From contig OZ024741.1 in NCBI GenBank assembly GCA_964016885.1, forward strand, positions 344,782,001 to 344,846,000: DNA of 64,000 nt, in the 5' to 3' direction. A program made the position numbers and the translations under genes. Positions 63,323 to 64,000 of this stretch are shown one piece after another (position 1 is the first letter of the stretch; each line of letters starts with the position of its first letter). A model generated the notes under the pieces. That model worked only from the letters and a program-made list of their open reading frames with translations. It was not told where the DNA came from and searched no databases. Source of the stretch: Eledone cirrhosa (Eukaryota).

Positions 63323-64000
63323 TATCATCATCATTGTTTTACGTTCGTTCTTCCACGGTGGCATGGGTTAGACGGGTTGTCCTGTTGTAGGCAGTGTCCG
63401 GTCGGCTGACCTTGTCTTGCTCATACGGGAACTGATTCTGGCTTGATTTCTACAGCTGGATGCCCTTCCTAACACCAACCTGATTTAGGGTGCTTTTTTT
63501 CCGTGGCGCCTACACTTCCACTTTACAGTGTGGGCTGGGTGCTTTTTTGCTGTGGCACCCCACGACCACTTTGCACACTTTGCAGTGGAAGGGTGCGGGG
63601 GCATATTGTCTATATGCTTCGGCTTCTACCCGTGGGGTCTTCTGTATTACTGCGTGATGCCAGAGATCACGGTCGTGTGTCATCGCCTTTGAGAGGTGTA
63701 ATTGGGTAAGGTCGGCTTTTATCACCTCATCCCAGGTCTTCTTGGGTCTCCCCACTCCGCAGTTTCCATCGACTTCTAGTGCTCTGCACCTTTTTATGCA
63801 GCTGTCATCCTTCATACGCATCACATATCCATACCAACGCAACCGCCTCTCCTGCACACAGCATTTGATTCCTCTTATGCTCAGTCTCTCTCTCAATTCA
63901 TTTATACTTTGCCGTTCGCGTGTATTACTATTACATGTCTGTCGGAGCATGCAGGCTTCGTTTCTTTCTAATCTACGTAAGTCTTCCACCTTCATCGCCC
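63323..64000 (-). mobile_element. RTE LINE 3' part (same subfamily as 17667), continues beyond the window
   Basis: High identity to 17667-18365. Confidence 0.95.

Overview
Eukaryotic, AT-rich, repeat-dominated DNA, probably intronic or intergenic. The SINE types, RTE LINEs and dense (TA)n/(CAT)n microsatellites suggest a cephalopod such as Octopus (inference). I found no confident intact host gene; almost all long ORFs in the track are microsatellite artefacts or retroelement remnants. Recognisable content: a 5'-truncated RTE LINE with a PHD-like finger (17.7-20.5 kb) plus many RTE 3' fragments, CR1, CRE-like and Tx1-like remnants, Penelope-like (RT + GIY-YIG) remnants, two tRNA-derived SINE families, piggyBac/hAT/Tc1 MITEs, several minisatellites and a 200-N gap. 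The main unexplained signal is a set of short non-coding elements embedded in (TA)n that carry minimal type I hammerhead ribozyme motifs. The best example is a near-identical 472-bp tandem array with one intact hammerhead motif per unit (46.1-47.7 kb, retrozyme-like). Others are hammerhead-bearing long inverted repeats, U3-A8 core variants, palindromes that keep only half of the ribozyme, and a TATTGAGTAC motif shared by otherwise dissimilar families. A truncated HDV-like ribozyme candidate sits at the 5' end of a non-autonomous RTE derivative. All structures were assigned by eye; no folding or database searches were run.
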